Below, piece after piece: positions 54,349 through 64,000 of a stretch of DNA of 64,000 bases. Each line of letters begins with the position of its first letter. Positions within the stretch are counted from its first letter, which is position 1. Under the pieces are notes generated by a model, which was given only the letters and a program-made list of their open reading frames with translations, made no database searches and had not been told where the DNA came from. The DNA lies in assembly GCA_963775425.1 (NCBI GenBank), contig CAVZJB010000011.1, positions 480,001-544,000 on the forward strand, given 5' to 3'. The position numbers and the translations under genes are program-made. The DNA comes from an uncultured delta proteobacterium (lineage in GTDB: Bacteria; Myxococcota; UBA727; VGSZ01).

Positions 54349-57300
54349 ACGCCGCCCTCGCCGCGCGCGCCGGCCGCGCCCACCTCGCCGTCGTCGCCGT
54401 CGTCGTCGCCGTCGCCGGCGTGGCGTGCATCGACCCGACCATCCCCGACGGTGCCCTCATCTCGTGCGCCAAGGACGCCGACTGCCCCGACGGCTTCGTG
54501 TGCCAGGAGGCGCGAAGCCTCTGCGTCCTGCAGAAGAACCTCGACGAAAAGCCCCCGGTCCTCACCGGCACGCCCACGCTCGACCCCGTCGTCGGCAACG
54601 CGGGCACCGTGTTCACGCTCACCTTCGACGTCAGCGAGGCCCTGTCCGCCGACCCCGACGTCAGCGTCGACATCGGCGCCGCGTCGTCAGCGCCTTTCAC
54701 CCTCGACGCCGAAGCGAGCGACGCGGCCGCGCTCCACTACGTGCTCACGTACACCGCGAGCGGCGCCGAGGCGCCCGACCGGCCGAGCCCCGTGACCATC
54801 AAGCTCGTCGACAAGGCCGACAACCCCTCGGCGGATCTGTCCGGCGGCGTCATCACCTTCGACTTCGCGCCGCCGGCGCTCACCTCGCCGTCGCTCTCGG
54901 CCACGCTCATCGGCCCGGGCGACGTCCTCACCGCCACGTTCACGCCCACCGAGGACCTCGCGGCGGGCGGCGCGGCCGTCGCCCTCGTCCCCGTCGACGG
55001 CGGCGACGTCATCGACATGGTCGACGCCGGCGACGGCAGCTTCGTCTACGACGACGCCGGGGACGAGGCCGACGGCGACTACTCCGTCGAGGCCACGCTC
55101 ACCAATCTCTCGGGCAACACCGCGGGCGGGCTCCTCGTCGGCCGCGTCACCGTCGACAACACCCCGCCCGCGGTCCAGGCCGGCGCCACCATCCGCACCG
55201 TCCCCGACGTCGAGCTCCGCGGTGACGACGTGCTCGACGCCAGGGCCGACACGGTGCTCGAGGTGGTGTTCGTGGCCAGTGAGCCGCTCGCGGGGAGCCC
55301 GCGCGTGTTCGTCTCGTGCGGCGGCGCGGAGCGCGACATGGAGCGCACGGGCGATGTCACGAGCCCCATCGTGTTCGTCGAGCGGCTCGCCGGCGGGCTG
55401 GACACGCTCCCCGAGGGCGCGTGCGACGTGCTCGCCGACCTCGCCGACGCCGCCGGCAACCAGGCGCTCGGCGCGCCCGTGCTCGCGCCCGCGTTCGACC
55501 TCGACGTCACGGCGCCGCTCGCTCCCGACGTCGACACGCCCGACGCCGTCGTCTACCGCCGCGTCCCCTGGGGCGACGACGCCACCGGCGGCGCGAAGCG
55601 CTTCACGGTCGACGGCCTCGCGGGCGCGGCGGAGCCCTTCGCGCGCGTGGCCGTGTACGAGACCGAGGACGCGCCGCCGGAGGACGCCGTCGGCCACGTC
55701 GACGCCGACGGGACCGGCGCGTTCTCTCTCGTCTTGAACCCCGTCGATCGCGCGGAGCTGTTCGTGTCGCAGATCGATCCCGCCGGCAACGAAGGCCCGC
55801 GCGCCCGCGTGCGCGACATCGAGTGGGTCGCCACCATGGGCGGCAAGGTCCCCGGCTCGAGCTTCGTCAACCCGCACACGTTCCAGTCGCGCTCCATCCT
55901 CACCGACGCGCTCGTCCAGGGCGCCGTCGTCGAGCTCGGTGATCAGGCCGCCGCCGGCGACGGCGTCGTCGCCGTCACCACGGGCGCGTCGACGTGGGAG
56001 AACATCACCGAGGGCGCGGGGCGGCGAAACCCCGACATCGAGCGGCCCATGCTCGCGTACGACCCCGCGCGCAGCCGGCTGTTCCTGTTCGGTGGCCAGT
56101 CCTGCGTGTGCGGCGCCGGCAACGGCCTCGCTCCCTGCATCGACACCTTCGCGCGGGCCGGCGCCCATTGGTCCACCGTCACCATCGCCGACCCCGAGGG
56201 CGACGGCTCGCCGGTGGCCGAGGAGGGCGGGGCCATGGTCTTCGACGTCTCGCGCGGCGTCTCCGTGCTCTTCGGCACCGGCGGCGCGGCCGACGTCTGG
56301 GAGCTCGACGGCACGTCGTGGCGTCACGCGTGCGACGCCGCGTGCGCGGCGAACGGCCCGTCACCGCGCGCGCAGCTCGCGGCGGCGTACGATCCCGTGC
56401 GCCGTCGAAGCGTCGTCTTCGGCGGCAAAGCGGGCGCCGGCCTCACCGACGAGACGTGGGAGTGGGACGGCCACGCGTGGCGCGCCGCCTGCGTCGACGC
56501 CACGTGCACCAAGCCGCCGGCGCGGGCCGCGCACGGGATGATCTACGACGACGCGCTCCGCGCCGTGGTGGTGTTCGGCGGCGACGGCGACGGCAACATC
56601 GACGGCGACGGCCGCGACGACGGCGGCCTCCTGAACGACATCTGGTCCTTCGACGGCGCGTCGTGGACGGAGCTGTGCACCGACGCGGCGTGCGCGGCGA
56701 CCCGGCCCACGGCGCGGGACCACGCGGGCTTCGCCTACGATCGCGTGCGCAACCAGGCCGTGATCTTCGGCGGCCTGTCCGGCGCGGCCGGCACCTGCGG
56801 CGGCGATCCGAACGGCCAGGTCCACGCGCTGCTGTCGGACACGGTGCTGTTCGACGGCGCGCGCTTCACCACCGTGACGCCGGCGGACCCCGAGGGCGAC
56901 GGCGACCCGACGCCGCGGCGCAGCCCGGGCATGGCCTGGGACCCGCGGCAGCAGCGCGTGGTGATGGTGAGCGGCGTCGACGACGAGCCCTGCGCCACGC
57001 TCGAGTGCACGCGCACCAACGCCGAGGACACCTGGGAGTGGGACGGCACGAGCTGGCATTCGTTCGCCGACGTCACCGAGCCCACCGACAACGCGGCGCT
57101 GTCGGCGGCGTTCGATCCGCAGCGCGACGAGGTGCTCATGGTTGGCACCGGCGGCGCCATCTTCCGCTTCGGCGAGCGTTGGCGCTCGTCGGGCACCTTC
57201 ACCACCGTGCACGCGCGCGTGGCCAGGGAGAGCGGCCGGCTCATGGTCTTCGGCGGGCTCACGACGGGCAACGCCCTGTCTTCGTTCACGGGCTTCGCCG

Positions 57301-58385
57301 CCGCCGGCAACTTCGCCCCGTTCCTTCAGATCTGCGTCATCGGGCAGCCCTGTCCGCCCACGCCGCCGGCGCGCTCGCTCCAGGCGATGGCGGAGTCGCC
57401 GACGGGCGGCGCCTTGATGTTCGGGGGCTCCAACTCGGCGTCGGAGAGCCCATTCAACGGCACCACCGGTGACACGTGGCAGCTCAACGGCAGTTGGGCG
57501 CAGCTCTGCACCGGGTGCACGACGGGGACCACGAGCCCACCCGCGCGCATGCAGTCCGCCATGGCCTTCGACAGCGACCGCGGCGTCGACGTCATGTTCG
57601 GCGGACAACCGGGCGACGCGCCCACGCCCCTCGACGACACCTGGGAGTGGGACGGCGCCGCGTGGCAGCAGCGCTCGCCCGCCCATCGCCCGCCGGCGCG
57701 CACCCAGGAGACGCTCACCTACGACGAGGCGCGCCACCGGGCCATTCTCTTCGGCGGCTTCGCCGGCGGCTTCTTCGGCGTGAACTGCGGCAACGGCAAA
57801 AACGAGTGCACCGACCTGTGGGAGTGGGACGGCAGCGACTGGAGCCAGCCGCTCATCTCCGACGTGCACGAAAACGGCACGCCCGGCGGGCGCTTCGGGC
57901 ACGCCATGGCGTTCTCGCCGCGCCTGCAAAAGAGCGTGATGTTCGGCGGCGGCGACGCCGAGACCTGGCTGTACGACGCCGGCGGCCACGACCGGCCCGG
58001 CCAGGTGATGGCCGCGGCGTTCGCGGCGGCGGGCACCGCCGGCGACGAGACCATCGTCGACGTGAGCGCGCGGTTCGACAGCGGCGGCCTCGGCGACAAC
58101 GACGCCGCCGGCGCGCGGCTGTTCGTGTGGGACGAGGACGGCTGGCGCGCGCTCGCGGACAACAGCGCCCCCGCCGGCGCCCCCGCCGACGTCGTCTGGG
58201 ACGACGCCGACACGCCCCTCGACGCCACCGACACCGGCGGGACAGCGCTGCCCCGCTTGTTCTTCGGGACCGAGCGCACGCTCTTCTTCGCCGTGGCGCC
58301 CGCGACGGAAAACGGCGGCCGCGCCGGCTTCGGCGAGGTCGACACCGACGCCGCGGAGGTGACGGTGAAGTACCGCCTGCCGTGA
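54345..58385 (+). CDS. Large lipoprotein with Ig-like domains and kelch-type beta-propeller repeats
   Basis: GVAC lipobox, CAKDADCPDGFVC, LTFDVSEAL/VFVASEPL Ig units, many PxARxxHxMAYD...VxFGG...DTWEWDG repeats; GTGA overlap. Confidence 0.85.
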   Translation: MNAALAARAGRAHLAVVAVVVAVAGVACIDPTIPDGALISCAKDADCPDGFVCQEARSLCVLQKNLDEKPPVLTGTPTLDPVVGNAGTVFTLTFDVSEALSADPDVSVDIGAASSAPFTLDAEASDAAALHYVLTYTASGAEAPDRPSPVTIKLVDKADNPSADLSGGVITFDFAPPALTSPSLSATLIGPGDVLTATFTPTEDLAAGGAAVALVPVDGGDVIDMVDAGDGSFVYDDAGDEADGDYSVEATLTNLSGNTAGGLLVGRVTVDNTPPAVQAGATIRTVPDVELRGDDVLDARADTVLEVVFVASEPLAGSPRVFVSCGGAERDMERTGDVTSPIVFVERLAGGLDTLPEGACDVLADLADAAGNQALGAPVLAPAFDLDVTAPLAPDVDTPDAVVYRRVPWGDDATGGAKRFTVDGLAGAAEPFARVAVYETEDAPPEDAVGHVDADGTGAFSLVLNPVDRAELFVSQIDPAGNEGPRARVRDIEWVATMGGKVPGSSFVNPHTFQSRSILTDALVQGAVVELGDQAAAGDGVVAVTTGASTWENITEGAGRRNPDIERPMLAYDPARSRLFLFGGQSCVCGAGNGLAPCIDTFARAGAHWSTVTIADPEGDGSPVAEEGGAMVFDVSRGVSVLFGTGGAADVWELDGTSWRHACDAACAANGPSPRAQLAAAYDPVRRRSVVFGGKAGAGLTDETWEWDGHAWRAACVDATCTKPPARAAHGMIYDDALRAVVVFGGDGDGNIDGDGRDDGGLLNDIWSFDGASWTELCTDAACAATRPTARDHAGFAYDRVRNQAVIFGGLSGAAGTCGGDPNGQVHALLSDTVLFDGARFTTVTPADPEGDGDPTPRRSPGMAWDPRQQRVVMVSGVDDEPCATLECTRTNAEDTWEWDGTSWHSFADVTEPTDNAALSAAFDPQRDEVLMVGTGGAIFRFGERWRSSGTFTTVHARVARESGRLMVFGGLTTGNALSSFTGFAAAGNFAPFLQICVIGQPCPPTPPARSLQAMAESPTGGALMFGGSNSASESPFNGTTGDTWQLNGSWAQLCTGCTTGTTSPPARMQSAMAFDSDRGVDVMFGGQPGDAPTPLDDTWEWDGAAWQQRSPAHRPPARTQETLTYDEARHRAILFGGFAGGFFGVNCGNGKNECTDLWEWDGSDWSQPLISDVHENGTPGGRFGHAMAFSPRLQKSVMFGGGDAETWLYDAGGHDRPGQVMAAAFAAAGTAGDETIVDVSARFDSGGLGDNDAAGARLFVWDEDGWRALADNSAPAGAPADVVWDDADTPLDATDTGGTALPRLFFGTERTLFFAVAPATENGGRAGFGEVDTDAAEVTVKYRLP

Positions 58386-58418
58386 CGTCGCACCTGCGGC
58401 GGCGGTGCGGCGGCGCGG

Positions 58419-58922
58419 CTACTGCCGCCCGCAGGCGGTGTCGGTGGTGCAGATGCGGCCGGTGAGGGTGTCCTCACAGCGGTCGTTGCTGACGGCGGTG
58501 CCTTCGTTGCAGAAGTCGTCGCCGGAGCAGGCGGCGTGGCAGAATTCGTCGGCGCCGCAGACGCCCCGGGCGTCGACGCAGGTGAGCTCTCGCGGCTGTT
58601 CGGTCGACAAGCGGCAGCGCGAGAGCGTGGGGCAGTCGTCGTCGGTGATGCAGGGGGCCACGCACACGCCGAACGGCGCCGCGGGGTCTTGGCCGCCGCC
58701 GGAGAACGGCGCCCACGCGCCGCCGCAGGTGCAGACGGTGCCCGCGGGGCAGTCGGGATCGCTGCGGCAGGTCTGCGCGCATATCCCGTAGAAGGCGACG
58801 AGGTCGTCGTCGGGGCTCGGGCACTCGCCGTTGACGTTGGGCGCGTCGCCGGCGGCGCGAAAGGCGTCGCAGCCCGCGGCGGCGACGGCGCAGGCGACAA
58901 CGAGGACGGCGACGCGCCGCAT
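58419..58922 (-). CDS. Cys-rich lipoprotein
   Basis: AAAGC lipobox; repeated CxxDxDC motifs. Confidence 0.75.
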   Translation of the reverse strand: MRRVAVLVVACAVAAAGCDAFRAAGDAPNVNGECPSPDDDLVAFYGICAQTCRSDPDCPAGTVCTCGGAWAPFSGGGQDPAAPFGVCVAPCITDDDCPTLSRCRLSTEQPRELTCVDARGVCGADEFCHAACSGDDFCNEGTAVSNDRCEDTLTGRICTTDTACGRQ

Positions 58923-58937
58923 GCCGCGGGACGACGG

Positions 58938-61848
58938 CTACTCGAAGTCCGTGAAGACCACGGGCAGCTCGACGTCGCCGCGGGAGATGCCGCCGGTGAC
59001 GTTGGAGAGGAACCAGGTGCCGGTCACGAGCGGCTCTTGCGCCTGGAAGACCGCGGTGAAGCCGTCGGCGCTGCCGTTCACGTAGGTAAGCGTGACGTCG
59101 GCGACGGGCAGGTCGTCGAAGGTGATGTTGAACGGGCCGGCGACGTCGACGCGCCCGTCGTTGTTCGCGTCGTCGTTTTCGGCCACGATGTCGAGGTCGG
59201 TGGCGACGTCGCCGATGGAGAGCGTCTGCTGCACCGGGGCGTCGAATTCACGGCCGGGCAGCACCTCGATGCTGTAGGTGACGTTGTCGACGGTGGTGGT
59301 GCGGCCGGTGCCGTCGCCCATGAGGTCATCCACCGCCGTCTGCACCGCCGACAGCGTCACGGCCTCGTCCATCTGGCAGCTCCACGTGAGGGCGAGCTGG
59401 TCGCCGCCGACGAGCCGGCCGTCGTTTTGCACGAGGTTGCGCGCGACGACGAGCGACGCGGCGAGCACGTCGGTGGGATCGAGCGTGGCCTGCAGGAGCA
59501 CCGCGTCGACGCCGTCTTCGTCCTGGATGCCGGCGGCGCCGAGCGTGAACACCACGGGGTTCTTGGTGGCGAGCGTGGCGCCGTCGGGCAGGGTGGCGAT
59601 GAACACCGTGTTGGCCACGGCGGCGACGTCCGCGGCGACGAGGTCGGTGCCGTTGGCGAACGCGTTGAGCGCCGTCACCACGGCGTCCTTGGCCGCGTTC
59701 ACGGAGCCCGCGCCGAGCGGCTCACTGAAGGTGAAGGTCACGGTGTCTCCGCCCTCGAGCAGGCCGTCGCCACAGCTCGTGTCCAGCGCGCGCGCGCCGG
59801 TGACGCTCGCGAGCGTGGGCGCGAGGTCGGGGTCGAAGCGCGGGTCGCTCACGACGAGCGTCTGGTTCTGGAGGATGCTCAGGCCGTTGTCGTCGAGGAC
59901 GGTGTCGGCGAGCGTGCCGAAGGTCATGGTGCCCGCGTTGATCTCCGAATTCCTGATCCCCGCTCAGGATGTACGAGAAGACGCTGTTGCCGCTGCCCGC
60001 GCTGATGCTGCCCTTGACCGTGGCCGCGTCGAACGTGCCGCGGCGCACGCCGCCGGTCAGCGGATCGTTGACGATGCGCTCGGCGAGCTCGGTGGTCGTG
60101 GTGTCCGGATCCATGGCCTTGCTGAACGTGAACACCAGGATGTCGCCGGCCTGGATGACGTTGTCCTCGCGCGGCGTGCCGGCGCCGAGCGCGACGAGCA
60201 CCGTGTCCTGCTCGGCGACGGGGACGAGCGCGGGCTGGACGATGAAGGCGTCGCGCGTGGCCTGCGGCACCTGGTTGTCCGCGAGGGCGATGCCGACGTC
60301 GGCGGCGTTGTCGATGTCGGTGATGGTGGTCTGCAGCGCGCCGAGCGACAACAGCGACGGCACCACGACGCCCTCGCCCGCCTTGAGCGTGTACAGGAAG
60401 CGCGTGCCGCCGGCCTGGGAGACGATGTCGCCGGCGGCGGCGGCGAGGGTGTTGCTCGCGTCGGCGTCGCCGAGCGCGGTGAGCGCGCGCGCCAGCTCCG
60501 TCTGCACCGTGGCCACCTGCATGGGCTCGCTGAAGGTGACGACCATCGTGTCGCCCTGCACGAGGAAGTCGTTGTCGTGCGCGCCGCCGTTTTGGCGATC
60601 GGGGACGCCGGTGGCGAGCACCACCTGCATGGTGTCCCCGCTCTGGGCGTCGACGACGTTCAGCGTGGGCACGGTGATGTCGGTGATGACGAAGTGCAGC
60701 GTCTGCGTGGTGTTGGTGATGCCGAAGTCGCTGGTGACGTCGTGCGGCTGCAGCGCGAGGTCGAAGCTGCCGCCGATGCCCGTGAGATCCACCGGGCCCG
60801 TGCCCTGGACGGTGACGCGGAAGGTGTCGGCGGCGATCTCGACGACGTCGACGTCCGTGAACGGCCCCTCCTCGAGGCGGATCTCGATGGCCTGCTCGGT
60901 GGACTGCGGGTCCATGGGCGTGTCGAAGCGCAGCGTGAAGCGGTCGCCCGGCTGCCAGATGCCGTCCTCGCGCACGGCGGCGGTGACGATGTCGACGTCG
61001 GGATCGAACGGCACGGCGCTCGGCTCGCGCTGGTCGTCCGCCACCAGGCCGTCGTTCAACACGAGCTCCGTGAGCGCGTTGCCGTCGCCGTCGATGTCTT
61101 TGACGGTGAACGGCGGCAGGATGAGGGCGACGCCGGTGTTGTCGCCGTTTGCGTTGAAGGCCGCGATGGGCAGCGGCTCCGCGAGCGTCCACGTGAATTC
61201 GTACTCGAGGCCGGCGTCGGTCTCGGTGACGTCGAAGGCGTCGTCGATGCCGATCACGCCCTGGATCCACTCGTCGAGATCGTCGCGCGTGGTGATGCCC
61301 ATGGGGCGGTCGAAGCGCAGGTGGAACGAGGCGCCCTGCGGCAGGAGCCCGTCGGCGACGCGGTCGTTCTCGAGGTCGAGGACGCGCACGCCGTCGACCA
61401 CGGTGAAGCAGGTGCGGTCGATGGCGTCGCCGGCGCTGTCACAGCCGACGCCGGCCACGGCGGCGACCAGCTCGGGCGCCGAGCGCCGCGAGAACGACAG
61501 TGTGATGGCCTCGCCCGACAGGAGCGCGTCGTTCACGTTGCCGCCGAATTCGGCCTGCACCTTGTTGTCGGCGTCGACGCCGTCTTCGTCGAGGCCGGCG
61601 AGCGCGAGGATCTGGGTGGCGGCGCCGTCTTGGCCGTCTTGGCCGTCCTGGCCGTCGGCGCCGTTTTGGCCGTCGGCGCCGTTTTGGCCGTCGGCGCCGT
61701 TTGCGCCGTCTTGTCCGTCGACGCCGGGCGCGCCCTTGTCCCCCTTGGGACCGGCGGCCGCGGCGCCGCCGCAGTCACACCCGAAGGGGAGCGCCGCGAG
61801 GCCGAGCGCGAACGTGAGGATGAGCCGGGTGCGAGGACGGGCGATCAT
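58938..61848 (-). CDS. Large surface lipoprotein (~969 aa) with collagen-like stalk and about 7 Ig-like repeats; +1 frameshift at 59945-59946
   Basis: Removing one C joins 59722-61848 and 58938-59927 (...DQEFEINAGTMTFG...); LPFGC lipobox; repeated DGxxxxGDxxxxxFxxPM; AGGAG RBS. Confidence 0.8.
61621..61752 (-). repeat. Collagen-like Gly-X-Y repeat
   Basis: GPKGDKGAPGVDGQDGANGADGQNGADGQNGADGQDGQDGQDGA. Confidence 0.9.
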
Positions 61849-61939
61849 GGCGTCTCCTGTTCAAAGGGAGGCGCAGCTTAGGGCAAGTCGCCCTCGGAAT
61901 CACGGGCCCGCGCGTGATTGAGCGCGCCCGCCGCGGCCG

Positions 61940-62827
61940 TCAGCGGCAATGCCTCGGTAGTTGCTTGAGGACCTCGTCGAAGCCCTTCACGGGGAAGGCC
62001 ACGTCCTCGACCTTCCTGGCCATCGGCACCTTGAGCGTGAGGCTGTCGGCGTCCTTCATGGCGCGAAAGCCGCCCTTGGCGTCGACGATGAACAGCGCCT
62101 TGCCGTCCGTGGACGGCTTCACCTTCCACTTCATCGGCTTGCTGCTGCCGGCGACGGCGTAGATGACCTTGGTGTGGTGCTTCACCTTGGCGGGCATCAT
62201 CACGTAGAGGTCGGCTTTTCTCCCGGTGCAGGACGCCGTGAGCCGCTCGCCGTGCTCGCTGTCGAGGCGCGCGTAGGTGGTGGGCGGCTTCCTGCGCTTG
62301 CCCGGCCGCGTCTCCACCTGCCACAGGCCCGTGGGGAGCGCGGCCGGCGCCGGCGCCGGCGCGCAGCCGAAGCGGTTCTGGTTCTTCACGTCCTCGACCG
62401 CGCGCTCCGGGTCCTTGACGGGGAGCTTGGCCGTGAGCTTTTCGCAGATCGCCTTCTTGGCCGCGTCGTCGTCCATGGCGGAGACGTCGATGCCGAGCTC
62501 CTTGGCGGCGTCGGCGAGGAGCTGCTTTTGCGCCTCGGCCTTGTGCTTGTCCTTGTCGAGGTCGTCGCACTTCTTGAAGAGGTCGTTGGCCACGACGCCG
62601 AGGCGCTCGCTCTTCACCATGCCGAGGAAGTTCTTCTGCAGCTCGGCCGCGTCGACCTCGGCGGTGGCGCCGCTGGCGCACCTGGCCGTCACCTTGGCCT
62701 CCGTGACGGTCACCTCTTTGATCCCCTGTTTGGACAGGACGTCCGTCAGGCGCTGCTGGGAGTCGTCGCTGCAGGCGGCGAGGGCAAAGGAGGCGAGCAG
62801 GGAGGGGATCAGAACGAGCCGTTTCAT
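61940..62827 (-). CDS. Lipoprotein with C-terminal VasI/TagO-like domain
   Basis: LAAC lipobox; GLWQV...LTASC...WKVKPSTDGKALF...AFPVKGFDEVLKQLPRHC resembles the VasI/TagO pattern. Confidence 0.6.
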   Translation of the reverse strand: MKRLVLIPSLLASFALAACSDDSQQRLTDVLSKQGIKEVTVTEAKVTARCASGATAEVDAAELQKNFLGMVKSERLGVVANDLFKKCDDLDKDKHKAEAQKQLLADAAKELGIDVSAMDDDAAKKAICEKLTAKLPVKDPERAVEDVKNQNRFGCAPAPAPAALPTGLWQVETRPGKRRKPPTTYARLDSEHGERLTASCTGRKADLYVMMPAKVKHHTKVIYAVAGSSKPMKWKVKPSTDGKALFIVDAKGGFRAMKDADSLTLKVPMARKVEDVAFPVKGFDEVLKQLPRHCR

Positions 62828-62932
62828 GGGCCCGCAGCATGCCTCAGATCCCCGCGTCTTCGCCCTTTTCGAGCCGAAATCTGCCCCGCGGACCCAGGCC
62901 CCGCCGCGCCGCATCGCCCCGATTTGCCACCA

Positions 62933-62962
62933 TTGACAGTATATGCTGTCACTCGATACCGT
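62933..62962 (+). promoter_or_regulatory. Promoter with palindromic operator for the MerR-like gene
   Basis: TTGACA(62933)-18 bp-TACCGT(62957); TGACAG-N6-CTGTCA (62934-62951) overlaps -35 and the spacer. Confidence 0.7.
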
Positions 62963-62969
62963 GACGAGC

Positions 62970-63533
62970 GTGGCCCTCCCCGCGTGGCGCGACCGGGACG
63001 ATCTGACGCTCGACGAGCTCGTCGAAGCCGCCGACGCGCTGCTGCGGGAGGTGAAGCAGACGCGCTACGCGGTGAGCGAGCGCCCCGACGTCCGCACCGT
63101 CCGCTACTACACGACGCGCGGCCTGCTGCCGAAGCCGCTGTCGTACGACGGCGGCCGCGCCCGCTACGGCTACGCGCACCTCGTGCGCCTGCTGGCCATC
63201 AAGCGCATGCAGGCCGAGCACTTCACGCTCGAGCAGGTCGCGCGCGCGCTCGAGCGGAAGAACGACGACGACGTCACCGCGCTGGTCGAGACGCGCACCC
63301 ACGCCGACGTCGTCACACCGCCGCGCAGCCTCGATCAGGTGCCGCCGCTGCGGCCCGCCGCCGACGACGACCGCGTCCCCGTGCGTCCCGCCGGCGGCGC
63401 GCTCGCGCTCGAGCTCGCGCCGGGCGGCCGCGTGATCGTCGAGCCCGCCGTGATGCAGGACCCCGAGAAGCGGGAGCGGCTGGCGGACAACCTGGAGCAG
63501 CTCGCGCGCATGCTGCGGGCGACGGGAGGCTAG
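62970..63533 (+). CDS. MerR-family HTH transcriptional regulator (alternative start ATG 62943)
   Basis: PDVRTVRYYTTRGLLPKP...ARYGYAHLVRLLAIKRMQAEHFTLEQV. Confidence 0.88.
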   Translation: MALPAWRDRDDLTLDELVEAADALLREVKQTRYAVSERPDVRTVRYYTTRGLLPKPLSYDGGRARYGYAHLVRLLAIKRMQAEHFTLEQVARALERKNDDDVTALVETRTHADVVTPPRSLDQVPPLRPAADDDRVPVRPAGGALALELAPGGRVIVEPAVMQDPEKRERLADNLEQLARMLRATGG

Positions 63534-63535
63534 AC

Positions 63536-64000
63536 ATGTTCGAGATCGTCCTCGAGCGCGGCGGCGTGGAGATCCATCGCTTCAGGGTGAGCGGCGCCAT
63601 GACCATCGGCCGCGCCGCCGGCGCGCAGATCCGCCTCGACGATCCCAACGTCGACCGCGCCCACGCGCGCCTGCTCCTGCAGGACGGCGCGCTCCTCGTC
63701 CTCGACCTCGACAGCACCCACGGCACCTACCTCGACGGCCGGGTGCTGCGCGGCTCCGCGCGCCTCGAGCCGGGGGCGCGCCTGCAGATCGGCGGCTACA
63801 CGCTGCGCCACGCCGACGCCGCGCGGAACCCCGCGCTCGAGGAGAGCACCGGCCCGGACGACGGCGCGCCGCCCGCCGGCCACGAGCTGCCGCGCCTCGA
63901 GGTGCTCGACCGCGACGCCCTCGAGCGCGCGCTCCCGCACGTGCGCGTCGGTCGCCACTTCGTGTTCGTCGACGACGCACACGCGGTGATGCCGCCGGCG
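63536..64000 (+). CDS. FHA domain protein, runs off the window edge
   Basis: Not in the ORF track: MFEIVLERGG...MTIGRAAGAQIRLDDPNVDRAHARL...LDLDSTHGTYLDG...LQIGGYTL; GGAGG RBS. Confidence 0.85.
   Translation, partial: MFEIVLERGGVEIHRFRVSGAMTIGRAAGAQIRLDDPNVDRAHARLLLQDGALLVLDLDSTHGTYLDGRVLRGSARLEPGARLQIGGYTLRHADAARNPALEESTGPDDGAPPAGHELPRLEVLDRDALERALPHVRVGRHFVFVDDAHAVMPPA

Noticed and set aside
59941-59950. Programmed ribosomal frameshifting at the three broken genes
   Set aside because: No slippery sequences or stimulatory structures were seen; single-base duplication errors are the simpler explanation

Overview
Very GC-rich (roughly 70-75% by eye) bacterial chromosomal segment, most consistent with a Myxococcota/'deltaproteobacterial' genome (inferred from the Myxococcus-type LexA box before dinB, MshEN proteins, Hanks kinases, FHA proteins, and Cys-rich and (EG)n-linker secreted proteins). 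About 55 CDS; no rRNA, tRNA, CRISPR array or transposase was found. Core content: an interrupted thiamine cluster (thiS-X-thiG-Y-thiC-thiE), Mrp/ApbC, a SWIB protein, OppD/OppF-type ATPases, a divergent folE, dinB, a stand-alone mreB, bacterioferritin, an Omp85/TamA-BamA protein and an ethanolamine-type permease. Notable points: (1) an FHA-TadA/CpaF fusion with all four ATPase motifs degenerate; (2) a translationally coupled HEAT-repeat / 'SD'-variant HD-domain / 53-aa acidic protein unit upstream of an orphan mreB; (3) a TetR-controlled ABC + LolA-like + putative outer-membrane barrel operon with a visible promoter and operators; (4) two MshEN proteins in one run with TPR/LolB-like genes and orphan Opp ATPases; (5) a collagen-stalked lipoprotein with about 7 Ig-like repeats; (6) a pseudokinase; (7) a REP doublet between two diverged ~85-bp repeats. 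Three genes are broken by single-base duplications, most likely long-read assembly errors. All calls come from motif reading by eye; no database searches were run.
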